A stretch of 64,000 nt of DNA from positions 89,404,001 to 89,468,000 of the forward strand of contig NC_043005.1 of assembly GCF_006345805.1 (NCBI RefSeq), given 5' to 3'. This DNA comes from Octopus sinensis (lineage: Eukaryota). Each line of letters opens with the position of its first letter. The first letter of the stretch is position 1. Under the pieces are notes generated by a model, which had not been told where the DNA came from, searched no databases, and saw only the letters and a list, made by a program, of their open reading frames with translations. Below are positions 61,898 through 64,000 of this stretch, piece by piece. The position numbers and the translations under genes were made by a program.

Positions 61898-63358
61898 ATG
61901 TCAGCTACCTACGCATCGAAACTGAGATCTGCAAGTAGGGCTTCTCATCAAGATGATGGTCCTACCAATAGTCAGCTCAACGAACAGTTGCTGTTGCTCA
62001 AACAAGAGGTTGAGCACCTAAAGTCTGTTGTTGCTCTCTTACTGAATAAACAGTCTCCTGTTGACGCAGAGTCACCCTTGATTTCTTCCCTGGAGACATC
62101 CAAACCGAAGGGAACAAAATCGAGGCGGCCAAAGAAGGCGAAGGAACCGGCGGTCGTTTCTGCACATGATCGTTCCCGTGCGGATTCTTCCTCATCTGCC
62201 TTTTCGGTCCCGGAGGTTCCCCAACCTAATTTGAGGAGCGTAGACTCAAACCCACCTGAAGACCGTTGTTCTCCCCAAAAGAAGAAACGTCGTCAAAACT
62301 CCAGTGGGGCGGATTTAGCTATGAAACCTGACCACGATAAACGGTCTCCTGTTGACGCAGGGTCACCCTTGATTTCTTCCCTGGAGACGTCCAAACCGAA
62401 GGGAACAAATTCGAAGCGGCCAAAGAAGGCGAAGGAACCGGCGGTCGTTCCTGCACATGACCGTTCCTGTGCGGATTCTTCCTCATCTGCCTTTTCGGTC
62501 CCGGAGGTTCCCCAACCTAGTTCGAGGAGCGTAGACTCAAACCCACCTGAAGACCGTTGTTCTCCCCAAAAGAAGAAACGTAGTCAAAACACCAGAGGGG
62601 CAGATTTGGCTATGAAACCTGATCATGATAAAATCTGTTTGGATTCTCCTTCACTTGTCCTTCCCATTAATGCCATTGCTCAACCAATTCTGAACGATCT
62701 CGATGTGGGTTCATCTGGGGAGTGGTGCTCCCCCAAACCGAAGAAGAGGCAGTGCAGTTCCAAACCAGGCGGGAAAATTATGACCACTAAATCCATACTG
62801 ATCGACCCCACAGGCCGACATAAGTCCGATGGCTATGAAACCACCCTTTCGAAATCCTCCAATGAAGAATCGAATACCGCAGCTCATAGTAGAGAACTTT
62901 TTGCCCACTCAAGATCGGCAATAATATATGGCAAGGCTGAATCCACCTGTGATACAGGCATAAACCGCCTAAAAGATGACATTAATTTTGTTTCCGTTTT
63001 GGTTGGAAAATTGTTCTCTGTGAACGAAAATGTCAGTGTTCTTAAGGTCGCTCGGCTAGGAAGATTCCAAGTGAACCCAACCGCAGATTCTAGACCACGC
63101 CCAATAGGGGTAATCTTTTCTTCTGATCGGGAGGCTTCAGTCTTTCTGAACAGAGCTCAGACGCATGCCTGGGAGGACCCCAATATGGGTTTTCGCGAGG
63201 AATACTCACTAAGAGAGAGAATTCGCCGGAGGAACCTGATATCCGAGCTAAAGATGAGGAAACAAATGGGAGAGAAGGGTTTACGAATCCAAGATGGACA
63301 GATAATCAAGTCCTACCTCTGGTCCCATGCTGTAGTGCTGACAGGGAAAGTGATGTGA
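61898..63358 (+). CDS. LINE ORF1 protein, 486 aa: coiled coil, duplicated 97-aa disordered segment, L1-ORF1-type RRM/CTD
   Basis: LNEQLLLLKQEVEHLKSVVALLL heptads; SAIIYGKAES...VARLGR...RPRPIGVIF...FREEYSLRERIRRRNL...GEKGLRIQDGQII matches the invertebrate LINE ORF1 C-terminal pattern. Confidence 0.88.
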   Translation: MSATYASKLRSASRASHQDDGPTNSQLNEQLLLLKQEVEHLKSVVALLLNKQSPVDAESPLISSLETSKPKGTKSRRPKKAKEPAVVSAHDRSRADSSSSAFSVPEVPQPNLRSVDSNPPEDRCSPQKKKRRQNSSGADLAMKPDHDKRSPVDAGSPLISSLETSKPKGTNSKRPKKAKEPAVVPAHDRSCADSSSSAFSVPEVPQPSSRSVDSNPPEDRCSPQKKKRSQNTRGADLAMKPDHDKICLDSPSLVLPINAIAQPILNDLDVGSSGEWCSPKPKKRQCSSKPGGKIMTTKSILIDPTGRHKSDGYETTLSKSSNEESNTAAHSRELFAHSRSAIIYGKAESTCDTGINRLKDDINFVSVLVGKLFSVNENVSVLKVARLGRFQVNPTADSRPRPIGVIFSSDREASVFLNRAQTHAWEDPNMGFREEYSLRERIRRRNLISELKMRKQMGEKGLRIQDGQIIKSYLWSHAVVLTGKVM

Positions 63359-64000
63359 GGGCAAATCGAAGTGAAGTTGATACCCCCGTCAACGATGCTA
63401 TCTCTGATGCCCTTTATTCTGCTTGTTCCCCAACTCCCGCCCCTCAGACTTCACAGCTCAGCATCGTCTACACCAACTCGTGCTCCTTATTCCCAAAGTT
63501 CAGTGAACTATTTACACTGGCCCTACGCGACTCCCCTGATGTGATAGCTATCACCGAGACTTGGCTGACTCCAGCAGTAAAGGACTCAGAGATCCACCTG
63601 CAGGGCTACGTCCTTTTCAGATGTGACAGAGGAAAAAGGCGAGGTGGAGGTGTTGCTGTGTATGTTAAGTCTGAGCACAAACCATCCTGCGGTATTCTAC
63701 CCACAAATGCTCAACCTACAACCAAATTCGATGCTGTCTATTGCAAGCTGAGCCTATCTGAGTTTTGCCTGCCCGTGTTGGCTGTCTACAGGCCGCCTCT
63801 AGCCGACCCCCAGGATGATGCTCATCTACTCGAAGTGATAAGATTCGTTTCAGCTTCGCATGACTGCTTGGTACTAGGCGACTTCAACGCTCCCACGATC
63901 GATTGGCCCGCATCAATTTGTACAACATCTTCCCGGTTCGGCCCGGCCCTTCTTGACGTGGCTGAAGATTGTTTTCTATCGCAACATGTTGAATATCCGA
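63127..64000 (+). CDS. LINE ORF2 N-terminus, AP endonuclease domain (partial; stop-to-edge frame, no ATG; missed by the ORF track)
   Basis: Frame open from the TGA at 63124-63126 to the window end: SIVYTNSCSL, PDVIAITETWL, GYVLFRCDR, GGGVAVYV, VYRPP, LVLGDFNAPTIDW. Confidence 0.92.

Larger units (their letters stand above)
61700..64000 (+). mobile_element. Young CR1/L2/Jockey-group LINE, 5' part (continues beyond the window)
   Basis: Abrupt rise in GC and CpG; 5' UTR of about 200 bp (start approximate); uninterrupted ORF1 and ORF2. Confidence 0.9.

Overview
Eukaryotic, AT-rich, repeat-saturated window with no recognisable host protein-coding exon. The repeat mix (CORE-type and other tRNA-derived SINEs ending in (TTA)n, many RTE-LINE tails ending in (GAT)n, mariner/maT transposons, Helitrons, Penelope and R4/Dong fragments, long TA/CA/GATA microsatellites) suggests an octopod cephalopod intron or intergenic region; the species assignment is inference. 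The only intact coding sequence is a young CR1/L2-type LINE at the right edge. Its 486-aa ORF1 has a 97-aa tandem duplication, and its AP-endonuclease ORF2 overlaps ORF1 in the -1 frame with no in-frame ATG. The most striking observation is a 362-bp repeat unit present as ~1.5 copies (56513-57050) that carries a type I hammerhead ribozyme fold exactly at the repeat junction. This is the architecture of metazoan non-LTR retrozymes (circRNA-forming retroelements). Three further variant hammerhead-like folds and many short foldback elements also occur. All alignments and folds were done by eye, and repeat boundaries are approximate unless termini or TSDs are quoted.
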